Shown: piece after piece, positions 49,929 through 62,037 of the stretch
How positions within the stretch are numbered: position 1 is the first letter of the stretch
How the letters are laid out: every line of letters begins with the position of its first letter
DNA from: Eledone cirrhosa
Taxonomy: Eukaryota
Length of the DNA stretch: 64,000 nucleotides
Direction: 5' to 3'
NCBI GenBank assembly: GCA_964016885.1
Contig: OZ024741.1
Coordinates: 56,854,001-56,918,000 of the forward strand
The notes under the pieces: model-generated
Told to the model about the DNA's origin: nothing
Seen by the model: the letters and a program-made list of their open reading frames with translations, nothing else
Database searches by the model: none
Made by a program: the position numbers and the translations under genes

Positions 49929-49989
49929 TATATATAAAAATAACAAAATAAGATGCTGAGGTTACATATATCGTTATATATATATATAT

Positions 49990-50650
49990 ATCCAGGGGGT
50001 GTAACTTGGAGTTACTGCGGGTTCACCCGGGAGAGCACTCGATGTTTAGGTTCACTTCTGTGATGAGGTGTAGAGCTATACAGTGTGTAATATATTGAAA
50101 GGATAACAAGGACGATTGGTTACTCCTTCATTACATTTATTGGTAGGTGACGCGCGTTTCGCCACTGATCAGCTCAAGGTTCGATCTGTATCGACCCTAC
50201 CCGACTCAATGATCGGCAGCTCGACGCACCCTTTAAAATGCTATAAGAAAATGAAATACATGCTATGTGGTAAAGACAGAAGTTCAAGAGTTTGACAATA
50301 TGAGTTGTTTTGATTGGTGGGAAGGATCAAAGGGATGTACTGGCCTGTAGTGTATGTGGGGGTGGATGTGATGATAAGATGTTGGTGATGGTCGCTGGCT
50401 GCGATGGGATGCGGTGTGGTGGTGGCGGATTGGCTTTGGCCTGTAGTGTATGTGGGGGTGGATGTGATGATAAGATGGTGGTGACGGTCACTAACTGGGA
50501 TGGGCTGTGGTGTGGGGGTAGTGGGTTGTCGGTATACGGGTTGGCGTGTGTGAGGTGTGGTTGTGGTGTTGTTGTTTATGGTAGTGGCGTTTGTGGTGGT
50601 GTGGTGGATGTGTTGGTGGTGTCGAGTCTGGGAGATACATACCTAGACAC
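49990..50650 (-). mobile_element. pLTR-like remnant with decayed hammerhead (50145-50231)
   Basis: GGU gcgucga GCUGCCGAUCA...UGAUCAGUGGC GAAACGCGCGUC^ACC; terminus abuts (TA)n. Confidence 0.55.
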
Positions 50651-51134
50651 TCTTAGTCTGACAAATACGTTGTGTATATATATATACATGCGCATATATA
50701 CTGATATATATACATACGTACACACTCATATACACACACATACATATATCTCTTTGCATATATACACACATGAATGTGCATGCGCGCGTGTGGATATACA
50801 TAGAGAGAGTGGGGCAGTATCGGTGGGGGCGGCGTAGAACAAAGATAGAGGGAAGGTGAGAGCCAATGGAGATGGTGTTCTGCATATAGACATACACATA
50901 CATACACACATACACACATACGGATATGCACACATACACGTACACACACGTATACATAAACATACACATACACACACATACATACATATATACACACAGA
51001 TATAGATATATATACATACATATGATGGCTGCCCCCTCGTTATCGAGTATGGCCATTGCACGAGAAGAAAAAAAAAATAAAATAAAAATAAAATAAAATT
51101 AAATTAAATTAAATTAAATTAAATTAAAAAAAAA

Positions 51135-51179
<45 letters not shown>

Positions 51180-51408
51180 AAAAAGAAATATATATATATA
51201 TATATATATACATACATATATACATACACACATACATACACATACACACACATACACACACACACACATACATTAATAACAATAATAATAATAATAATAG
51301 CAATAATAATAATAACGACGACAACAATAATAATATACACATTCATATATATATACACACACGCACGCACATAAGCATATCTACACACACACACACACAC
51401 GATAACAA

Positions 51409-52328
51409 CTAACAGTGCTGCGATCGAATGTGGCTTTTTAGCCCAGCCAATGATCTACAATGTCTTGCACAGAGTCGGCAACCAAAACATTCACTGGGAA
51501 TAGTCGGCTGTGGTTGGAGTTCGTGTACTTTTGCATGTCGCTTGAGCCCTCCTGCTGATTTACATTCTCTACCACATGTTTGGCAAGCATGATGAGTAGC
51601 ATCTCCAACAGCAGCCTGGTAGTCAACCACTGGTCTTACTTTATGACTGCGAAGATGGCTTTCGAGTCCAGCTTTGCTTAGGCAGAGTCTCGCACAGACG
51701 CTGCATGTCAGCACCATAGGAGGACCCTCGCCGTCTGGAAGTGCAACAGCAATACCCTTCCTCACATCCCGCTTTACTTTCTCGTGTGCGATTCGAGATG
51801 CCTCAAAGGCAACTTTTCCCTCATATACAGTCTTTCTCCATTTATTACGATCAGCAGCAATATTTTCCCATGTATCAGCAGAGATGTTAGCGTCTTTCAG
51901 AGAGGCTTTCAAGGAATCCTTATACCTCTTTTTTGGTTTATGTGGCGGTCGTTTTCCTTTAACCAACTCTCCATAGAAGAGTTGTTTTGGTATTCTAGAA
52001 TCCTTCATCCTGGCAAGGTGACCACTCCAACGGAGTCGTTGCTTAAGCACAAGAGCTTCTATACTGTCACACATAGAGCTTTCCAAAATCTCGACATCAC
52101 TGACGTGGTCCCTCCAGTGAACGCCATGGATCCGTCTGAGACACATCTGATGGAAACGCTCCAATTGCTTAAGGTGGTGTCGATATGTGACCCAGGTCTC
52201 GCAGGCATAAAGAAGACAAGTGAGTACACATGCCCTGTACACCTTTACCTTTGTCCTCCTGCATATGTCTCGCCGACCCCAGAGTCGCCTTTCTAGCTTT
52301 CCGAAAGCATCACTTGCTTTCCTAATCC
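51409..52328 (-). pseudogene. RTE (BovB-like) LINE ORF C-terminus with three C2H2 zinc fingers
   Basis: YRACVLTCLLYACETW, RLRWSGHLARM..RIPKQLFYGEL; three CxxC-x12-H-x3/4-H motifs. Confidence 0.9.
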
Positions 52329-52329
52329 T

Positions 52330-52452
52330 AAAGGAGCTTCGACGTTACGATCTTGACATCTGAGACGAGGTTAGCTTCTTCTGGAAAGGAAGAGATGAAG
52401 GAACCAGAAGAGAGGCTGGGGTAGGATTTGCTGTTAAGACTGTACTTGTGGA
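52330..52452 (+). pseudogene. Inverted APE N-terminal fragment of the RTE element
   Basis: Manual translation KELRRYDLDI*..FFWKGRDEGTRREAGVGFAVK. Confidence 0.75.
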
Positions 52453-53051
52453 TACATACATATACATATATGTATACGCACATATATATTTTTTTTAAAT
52501 GCTTACACACAGACACACACACTTGCGTTGGTTCTAGAGGGCAGGTATGTATTGGCGGTGTTGATGAAGTTAATGGATGTTGAGGTATGGAGTTGTGTCT
52601 TGTGGTGGTGGTGGTGGTGGAGTTGTGAGCGACAAAAATATACAGGATCGAATAATGCGATGGGTTACAGGTTAAAAGGTGGCATAGAGAACGCGAGGGA
52701 AAAAAAGTTTATGGACGTATAGCGATGTGTGTTGTGGTGGTGGTGGTGGTGGTGGTGGTGGTGGTGGTGGTGCTGGGGTGATGTGTTCAACAAAATGATT
52801 ACATGATCAGATGTTACGGTGGGTTACAGGGTAAGGCAGACGGAGGGCAGATATAACACAATCGATCTGGGAGTGAGGGATGATATGTGTTGATGATGTT
52901 AATGATGTTAATGATTGTTGAAGTATGTGGATGTATCTAGTGGTGGCAGTGGTGGTGTGTGCGACAGTACATTTACAGGGTCGAATTTAGCGTGGGGTTG
53001 TGGGTTAGGGTAGACAGAGAGAACATCTGTTATACATATATATATATATAT

Positions 53052-53200
53052 CCAGAGCGTGAAATTAATAAACATTCGTTGTACTGCCTCTCTGTTTTGT
53101 TCCTGTTCAAATTTTTCCATTATATATATATATATATAAACTTACATAGAGCACTCTTCACTCCTATGACTTTTTCAATTTTCAACGGAAACTTCAATAC

Positions 53201-53203
<3 letters not shown>
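53052..53203 (+). mobile_element. Two ~65-bp PLE 3'-terminal stubs from different families, separated by (TA)n
   Basis: 53054-53119 matches 29321-29387; 53140-53203 is the reverse complement of 18756-18818. Confidence 0.85.
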
Positions 53204-53233
<30 letters not shown>

Positions 53234-53271
53234 TAGACATTCAGAAAGTATACATTCATAATATATATATA

Positions 53272-53375
<104 letters not shown>

Positions 53376-55129
53376 AAAAACGGAGTGGAAGAAATATTTA
53401 TCTTTCGAAGTAAACATTTATAAATGGCAATATTAGAGGTTAATTTATCTTTATAAAAGTTGCATGACACTTCCTAAGACACTTCACGTTCGTGGTTGCA
53501 GATGTTAGCAAACGAGTTACCATAGTAATATTTCCATTGTTGTACAACTTGCTAAATACTCTTTGTGTAAAAAGCCAGAAGATATTCCAATGTTATTCAC
53601 TGTTATATTTCACCCCTTTAGCCTTACATTATATATTCACTTATTGGTTTTGCTTGACCATATCTAATTAGCTTCGTTGAACATACATCTGTTATGTTGT
53701 TATCACTATGATAGCATATATCAATTGTGATGTCATAATAATTGGCTTACTTGAAGACATTCTGTTAGTAATAGTTTCCAATTTAAGCATAAAAGGAGAC
53801 GAATTGACTGAGTAGGAAAGCTTTGCTGTGTTACTTCTGTTTCTCTACGCTCCATGTTCAAATCCTACCGAAGTCAACTTTACCTGTCGTCCTTTTGAGA
53901 TCGATAAAAATGTACCAGTCCAGTTCTCAGGTCGATTCTTCTTCTATATCTCTTTATTACTTCTCCCTTTCCCTTTCACAGGGGGAAATTAGCTATGTTC
54001 AGACTTGGAGAGGAATGGGCTTTTTTAAATGTCCAATACTCATCGAATATCACGAAGGCACCCTTATAACTCCATCCGAAGTTACGGGTCTATACATACA
54101 TACTAAATAAAACTAACCAGTCACCTTACACGCATACATATGACAGGAATCATTAAAGTATAACATGAACAAATGGACAAAGCTACCCACAGAAAGGAAA
54201 CCAGAGTGGATAGGATCACATAGTTGAAGAATACAGAGGGTGTAATAGAGAGATGAGCACGATAAGTTTATGGATATTACATGGATGTGAACGACACAGA
54301 ATAGAAACAACTGACACCGACTTGAGGAGATTTTAGCCTTGTATTGGACAGATAATTGCTGAGAATGGTGAGGATACTTGAAAAATGTTGGATTAGTCGT
54401 GGCAGGAAAACGTTTAATCAGAAGTCTTCTTCATTATGCCCGACCTGGGGCAAAATGCCAACAATAACAACCACAACAACAGCAACAACAAAACACATAC
54501 ATACACCCGTAACAAGTAAAGTAAATGAACCAATAATAGAGCCTCAATTCAGTCGCTTCTTTTGCTAGAAACAACAGTGAAATCGCCCTCAAACCACACT
54601 CTGCATTGTTTTTTTGTTTTTTATACAATACTTAGACAGAGAAGATATGGCAACCCCCCTAGTCCATTTATGACTCCCGAGACAGGTGTGAGGAAGAGAA
54701 GAATTTATCACCTAGTCAGAGACCTGGGATTTTACACCAAGTATGGTTAAAATAGTATAATCATTTACACATCATAATATACTGCATAATATTAACTATC
54801 TTATATTAATTTCACATGGAATCTCTAATTTTTCCCCTGAAGTACTAATATCCCCCCACCTGCCTCAAAAATAAAAATGGTGGTCCTATATACACTGTGT
54901 CTAGACAACGACGGGACATTTAACCCTACAACTATCAAACCACTTGAAACTGCCCCTGATATACGGTGTATGAATATATAGACCCTTAACTCCAGGTGGG
55001 GTCTACAGCGTGTCCTGGGCATTTAAAACTTCTGTGGATCCTTTCCCTTTCCGGGTTTAAAGTCAATTTCTTCTAGAGGAGCAGAGTTGTAAGGGGAAGA
55101 GAGAAAATGAGAAAGAGATATAGAGAAAG

Positions 55130-55275
55130 AATCGACCCTAGTACTCGACTGATGCTTTTTTATAGACCTCGAAAGGAGAAAGGCAAAGTTTACCTCGGCG
55201 GTATTTGAACTAAGAAAGCACAGAAGGTCGAAACGATTGTATCCGACGGTCTAATGACTGCAAATTCGCCGCCCT
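55130..55275 (-). mobile_element. SINE family A (degenerate)
   Basis: gacctcgaaaggagaaaggcaaagtttacctcggcggtatttgaact. Confidence 0.75.
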
Positions 55276-55884
55276 GGCTTTATGATACAATACTGCTCAT
55301 TCTAAAGCGTTTATATTTATCTAAAAAAACCCTCTTATCATAATTTTATATAAGAATATTCGTTAAATTATGCTCCAAACATTAGCTTAACAATGGAAAT
55401 TTAGTTATGTACGAAATCTCTCCAGAATCTTGATCATTATAGAAATGATGTGAAAATTATAGGCGGTGTCCTTCAACAGAAATATGGTAACGAAACGAAG
55501 TACCTTTGGTTGTAGGTCTACTTTCTCGATCATGGTTGGCCTTGGGGGTAAACGTGAAGAGGAAAATGAAGATGGACAAGAGGGAGGGAGAGGAGGATAT
55601 AGACTCTTATCAGTAGAGATCCAGCTGGTACAACTGTTAAAGACAGTGCAACACAAGCAAGTTTCAATTAGCCGGTTCTCTCAGTCTGATATTACACTAG
55701 CTGCTATATTATATACGAACATGCTATAGAAACAGCCAACAGTTAACACTATTTGGTGTATGGACCCATAACTCCTAGTGAAGTCGTAGGGGCATCTTCG
55801 GCATGTTTTAGTCTCTTTAAATTTGGCAGAACCCATCCCCTCTCCAAGTTTGAATACAGCTGATTTCTCCAAAAGAAGGAGAAG

Positions 55885-56040
55885 GAATCAACCCCAGAAA
55901 TGAACTGGTACTTTTTATTGACCTCGAAAGGATGAAAGGCCAAGTTGACCTCGGCGGCATTTGAACTCAGACAGCACACAGACCCGGAACGAATACCGCA
56001 GCTCATTTCATCTGACGTTCTAGTACCAATTCGTCGACTC
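55885..56040 (-). mobile_element. SINE family A (degenerate)
   Basis: actggtac...gacctcgaaaggatgaaaggccaagttgacctcggcggcatttgaactc. Confidence 0.8.
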
Positions 56041-56509
56041 AATACAATATTCGTTGCTTTATAATATATATCGATATATTATTGAAACAGTCGGCAATCA
56101 ACACTAAATTAGCCGCAGTAGTAAGAAACTCTCGGGAGAGTTGTACATCAGAAGGTTTTCAAAGAAGCCCCAACACACACACACCTCATGCAAGCACTTC
56201 GACCGTTAACTCCTCACACTCTAAAGGAGTTGGGCACATACAGGTCATAACACAAGTGCCTTTCTGCTGACATTTTTTAACCACTTAAATATCGGAGACT
56301 TATTATACACTTAAGCTATATGAGGATCGCTTTTGTTCTTTCTCGACCAGATCCAACTGGAACTCCTTTCCGCTGCCTCTATCAAACTTCCATATGTGTA
56401 CTACATATATTTAAATGATTATTTCAAATTTCATTTCAGCAGCAATTAGTTATCTTTACGAATATAGAAAATAGAAAAATATTACAGAAATAATCGAAAA
56501 TCGACATCC

Positions 56510-56775
56510 AACACTATACAAGCTGCTCTATAATATATAGACATGCTATAGAAACAGCCGACAGCCAATACTGCTATATGATATATCAATATACTATAGA
56601 AACAGCTAACATTATACTACCTGCCACATAATATATCAACAAGCTATAAAAACAGCCGTCAGCCAACACTATACTAGCGTCTATATAATATATCAACATA
56701 CTATAGAAACAGTCGACAGCCAACAGATAGTCAGTCAGTCAGCCAGACAGTCAGTCAGTCAGCCAGACAGTCAAT
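56510..56775. repeat. Degenerate ~50-bp minisatellite followed by (CAGT/CAGC)n
   Basis: Four units of taatatatc..ctatagaaacagc..cagccaa; one further unit at ~55705-55750. Confidence 0.75.
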
Positions 56776-58809
56776 CAATTGATTTTGTCCAAATAACTTA
56801 GTCAGTCTTTCACCTGAGTTTTACTGCAACTGCCAAAACTATTGAAATTCGAGCCAACGAGAAAACTCATACGTCATTAATGGGAAACCCTTTCACTGCG
56901 GATGAATTTTCTTTCGCATGACATTTGAAATTGCTCACCGATGAAGACAATAAAAAACATATTAATAAGAAATAATTAGCGGTTTAAGTCCTAAGAGTAA
57001 AAGAGGTGGATTTGCCGAGTTGTTAGAGTGTAGGATAGGGTCTTGTAGTATTTGTTCTCGCTTTCTAAGCTTTGAGTTCAAATCTTGCCGAGACAACTTT
57101 GTTTAAGATCTTTTCGGGTACGATAGAATAAAGTACCAGTCAAGGAGCGGTGGACTAACAGAATTGTTGAGGCGTTGGTCGAGATATCTTGCGGGTTACT
57201 ACTTTATTTTATCGACCTCGATATAAAAGAAAAAGTTGACCTTGGCTGGATTCGAACTCAGAACATTGATGGGCATAAGTTTCGTCATGGACTGGGCCTA
57301 CCTTGACCTGTTAACTCTACACACATTATATAGAGAGTGAAGCTTTTACTGGTATCTTGCGCCGGTTTAGCAAACCTATGATTAATGGCATTCCAGCCAT
57401 GACGATCCCATCTTTTAGGTGAACCTACGACCAAGTTATCTAATGTGTTCTTTCGGCTTTTAACATAACAGGGTTGTTATTTTTAGGGAATTTGGAGGCT
57501 ATTTCTAGCTGGATTATTGAAGACGTCGAGGATACCTTATTGGCCGATTGTGGTAGCTAACTATGTATTTAGTGAAATATTAACTGGTGTTGTTTGTCAA
57601 CTATGCGTGCGATTACTAGATAGAAGTATTTGTCAACTGACACAGCTTTCTTAATATACGCGTATAAGAAGATTTATCAGAGATCTTCTAAGAACGATGG
57701 TTGTGCAGGTGTAATCTGTCGACACTACACAGTTGAAGGTCTATAAAGCTATTTACCAATAGTTTATAGGTGAATTGTGTACTAACGATATCATATATTA
57801 CGCATTGCCAGTGTTACTTGTACAGTGTGAATCTGATTATAATGTGTTTAAACAAACGAATTAGCAGAGTTTAAATCTCGTCAAGGCCAACTTTGCTTTT
57901 CATCTTTTAGCGATTGATATATAAATTACAGGTTCAGTACTGTGGGTGGGGGCAGTTCTTCATCCACCTCTATTTTCGTTGTCTCTTGAAGAAATCACGT
58001 TCAGACCTGGAAAAAGATTGGCTCATTCAAGTGTAAATGTCAAGCAGTATATCACGATGGCGACCTAGAACGCCATCAAAAGTTTAGGGCGAATGAATGG
58101 GTGTATGGATATAGTATGGTATGGTCTATTGAGAACCTATTGTTGCTGTATATGGAGGTAAGGATTGCTGACACTGCTTGATTTGGATATATAGAGAAAG
58201 GTGGTGTGTTTTGGTTACGAAGATGTGGTTAGAGGTGGACGCAGACATGGCCTAGAGGCATAGATGTATCAAGGGAAAATAGCACCTATGGCAAACATTC
58301 AATTGCGCCCCTGCCTATGCAGCAAACTATATAGTAGTTGTTAAACAATGGGATTGACAGCGCAGTTTGAATAAATGAGGATTTAGGATATTAAACTGCA
58401 TTTTCATTTGTTCTATAGGTATCATTTACGCTTAAATATATGTATTAAATATACGTAAAGTATTGGCAAAAGTGTTAGTGTATTTAAATGGAGTGATCTG
58501 TGTAATACAGATATTTGACAAATATTAAAACCCTATTAAAATATTTGACAAGTCATACTATGAGGTATGCCTCTGTGGTCATATAGTTCCCAGCACTGTA
58601 GTTTTACCTAATTTATATAAATGGTTTAATGATCCAGCCACCATAGTGTTTCTCACCTATGATACTCAAAGACAGATCATATATCTGAAGAAGTTTCTTT
58701 TTTCACTCTCTGACGATAGCTTATCTGACTTTAATAGAAAGTGTTCCTAGTCCAGGTAGCGCCCCGTTCCAAGTGGTGCCCGTGGCACGTGCCATACTTG
58801 CTATGTCCT

Positions 58810-59125
58810 AGCCTTTGCTTAGAGATTAAGCAATTTGCTTCGCAGTCACGAGATCTTGGATTCGACCCCACTGCGTGGCATGTTGGTCAAGTATCACTTT
58901 ACCATAGCCTCAGATCGATCGAAGCCTTGTGAACGTAACTGTCGGAAGCACTGTACCTGTAATTTAAAGATCCAACCTCGTCACATATTGTCACATATTG
59001 TTGGTTTGGAAATTATGTTAAGGATACACGTGTCTGTGGAATAATCAACCACTTATACATTAATCCAAGAGTTAGACATTCAGTAGATCTAAAAACTGAC
59101 TGTTCAGCGTCGGAACCGACGGAGA
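58810..59125 (+). mobile_element. SINE family B (degenerate)
   Basis: ttcgaccccactgcgtggca...atagcctc...aagccttgtga...tgtacctgtaatt. Confidence 0.65.
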
Positions 59126-59305
59126 ATCTAATATATGGTGGAAAGGGGTGCATTGATAGCGTACAATGTCAATGAACTTTTAGCCTGCTGTAACTGTTAT
59201 CAATAGAAAAAGTAATAGAAGCAGTAAATTTATAACAGCGAAACCTCCTGCCACAATAAAATCAACCACATCCTTTAAGCACAAACTTTACAGGTTCCAC
59301 CAAAA

Positions 59306-59386
<81 letters not shown>

Positions 59387-59721
59387 CCAGTACAATCATT
59401 GTATTATAATAAACCACAGTAAGAGTTACCAGACCAGTAACACCATATATTACTTTGAAGCCAAAGTTCTCACTATTGAGGTTGGAGCCAGAAGGTTTGT
59501 GGGCAAATCTGCCAATAATTTCACAAAACAGGTTTCAATCCCTGGGAAGAAGAGGCTCAAAGCCCTAAAAGCAATAGATAGCAGAAGTAGCGAAGAAGAG
59601 TTCCATCTAGATCTGGTCGAGGAGGAATAGTAACGATTCCTATATAGCTTAAGTGTCCTATACTCCAAACATTCTCCGATATCCAAGTGGTTCAGGAGTT
59701 ATGCAACTCGGCTGTCTTAGA

Positions 59722-60360
59722 GATTGGTGGATTGGCAGAATCATTAGAGCGTCTGGCAAAATACCTTGTGATATTTCATTGCTGCTCTTAACGTTCTAAT
59801 TTCAAATACAACCCTCCATCCTTCCGGTGTCGATAAAATATAGTACCGGCCAAGTTCTGGGGTCGATTTAATCAACTGTTCCTTTCCAAAAATTACAGGC
59901 CATCTGCCTAAATTAGAAGACATTATTATCAGTATTATTAATTAGTATGCTAAGGGCGTAGATTGGCAAAATCAATAGAGCGCTAACAACACACCCTTTA
60001 CGTTCCGAGTTCAAATCCCACCGAGATTAGCTTTGCCTTTCATCCTTCCGCGGTGGATAAAATAAAGTATCAGTCACGTACACGTGTCGGTATAATCAAT
60101 TTCCCCCGTCCTTTCAAATTGCTAACCTTTGCCTAAATCTGAAACCATTATTAATGCTACGGCATTAGAGCGTCGGACATTGTTTTGCGGCGTATAGTTA
60201 CATTCTGAGTTCAAATCTCGCCGAGGTTAGCTTTACCTTTCATCCTTACGGGGTCGATGAAATAAAGTACCAGTAATGCACTGAGGTAGATTTAGTCGAC
60301 CCCCACCCCCATTCACCCCGGAAAAAATTGCTAGCCTTGTGCCTAAATCAGAAACAATTA
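59722..60360 (+). mobile_element. Three head-to-tail SINE family A copies
   Basis: Central domain catccttcc/acggggtcgataaaat repeated at ~59817, 60041 and 60241. Confidence 0.85.
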
Positions 60361-60369
60361 TTATTATTA

Positions 60370-60920
60370 CTTTGATATCTCAGTCATTGTTATTTAATCG
60401 TAAAATTTGCCCTAATGAACATCCAAGCCATGAATTGCCCTAATGAACTACCTACAGCCTCAGATATTCAGAACGTATCGGAGGGTCCTTGCTGTTCCCA
60501 GTAGGCATGCCTTCTGGAATGTTCCAAAAAATGGGGCCGGACTAATGTTCTTTAACCAGCCTTGCAATTCCCACTTTAAATCCTGTTACCGGTTAATTTT
60601 TTCCTTCTCCTTTTCTTGCACTCTTGTGTCAAAGAGGCAAGCTACATCTATAATCAAACAAGATATTTTTTTCCTCGTCAAAAACCACCATCTGTTTATA
60701 TCCTGAAATCCCACAGTACCTTCACCCAATCGTTTTCTATTACCGACTCTGGCTTATGCTCATACCATTTCTCAGAATGAGGTAATTTGTTCAGTTTGCA
60801 TAAATGCCAGTGAACTACTTTTCCTATGATGTCATACTTTACAGTGAGTCTGGGCTAGAGGCTTACACTCGGATACGATGTGAACCATAGTTTCCTCTCT
60901 CTCCACAGATCCTTCATGGT
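60370..60920 (-). mobile_element. Degenerate R4/Dong-like (RLE) non-LTR 3' fragment between (TTA)n runs
   Basis: Manual translation CGERRETMVHIVSEC, KWYEHKPESVIEN..KVLWDF, FQKACLLGTARTLRYVL. Confidence 0.8.
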
Positions 60921-60949
60921 TATTATTATTATCATTATTTTCTGTATAA

Positions 60950-61135
60950 GGATTGGCAGTATCGGTAGAGGGTCGGACGCCATGCTTTGCAGCAAAGAGT
61001 TACGGCCTTTTATGGTCTGAGTTCAAATCCCACCGAGGTTAACTTTGCCTTTCATCCTTACGGGGTCGATAAAATAAAGTACCAGTAATACACTGGGTAA
61101 TTGCTGGCCTTGTACCAAAAGTAGAAACAATTATT
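60950..61135 (+). mobile_element. SINE family A
   Basis: Near-identical to 14334-14525. Confidence 0.9.
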
Positions 61136-61139
61136 TTCT

Positions 61140-61450
61140 GTATATTCACATACATCCCACCAGGCCTCACTCAACCAGGGTCCTGGGGTGGGTGATGGTT
61201 TGTTATGAGATATTTTCCAGCTCCATAGAGAACTGATTGTTACAAAATATATAATAGATAAAGTGAACACTTTTGTCCATCGGTACTACGTGGTTTGCCC
61301 TCCCAATGTTCCTCGCAAAATGTGAGCAGTACTACTAGTAAGTACGATTTTTAAAATTTCCTTTATCATTAATCTTATTGTAAACCCCCACTGTCCATGT
61401 CTTTGTATTGTCCCCTACATGTTGGCCCTTGTGGCCAATAAATGAAACCA
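61140..61450 (+). mobile_element. Probable 3' end of a Tx1-like LINE
   Basis: tgtaaacccc...tttgtattgtcccc...gcccttgtggccaataaa resembles 41805-41861. Confidence 0.5.
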
Positions 61451-61470
61451 TTATTATTATTTATATAATT

Positions 61471-61660
61471 GGCGGTGGATTGGCAGTATCGGTAGAGGAT
61501 CGGACGCCATGCTTTGACGCATGGAGTTACGGCCCTTGCCATTCTGAGTTCAAATCCCGCCGAGGTTAACTTTGCTTTTCATCCTTACGGGGTCGATAAA
61601 ATAAAGTACCAGTAATGCACTGAGTAATTGCTGGCCTTGTGCCAAAAGTAGAAACAATTA
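61471..61660 (+). mobile_element. Full-length SINE family A
   Basis: Near-identical to 27681-27872. Confidence 0.9.
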
Positions 61661-61765
61661 TTATTATTTTTATTTTTTCTTTAATACTAATTCTATCACC
61701 ACCACCCCGCCGCCGCTGCTGCTAATACTACTACCACCACCACCACCACCACCACCACCACCACA

Positions 61766-61796
<31 letters not shown>

Positions 61797-62037
61797 ATAC
61801 TACTACTACTACTACTGCTACTAGTAACATCCCTAGAATGATAGATAAAACTCAGATAAAGTATAAAAGAGAGAGAGAGAGGAGAAAGAAGTAAAGACGG
61901 AAGAAGAGATGAATGTGGAAGAGCAATTTATTGAGAATAGTAGAATGTTAGAATGTTAGAATGTTAGAATGTTAGAATGAACACTGATGGGGAATCACCT
62001 CAATCCTACTCCTCCTCTCTTACCAACGTCATTCTTA

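Noticed and set aside
61940-61979. (GTTAGAAT)n as a telomeric repeat
   Set aside because: Only about five units and not TTAGGG; an ordinary short tandem repeat.
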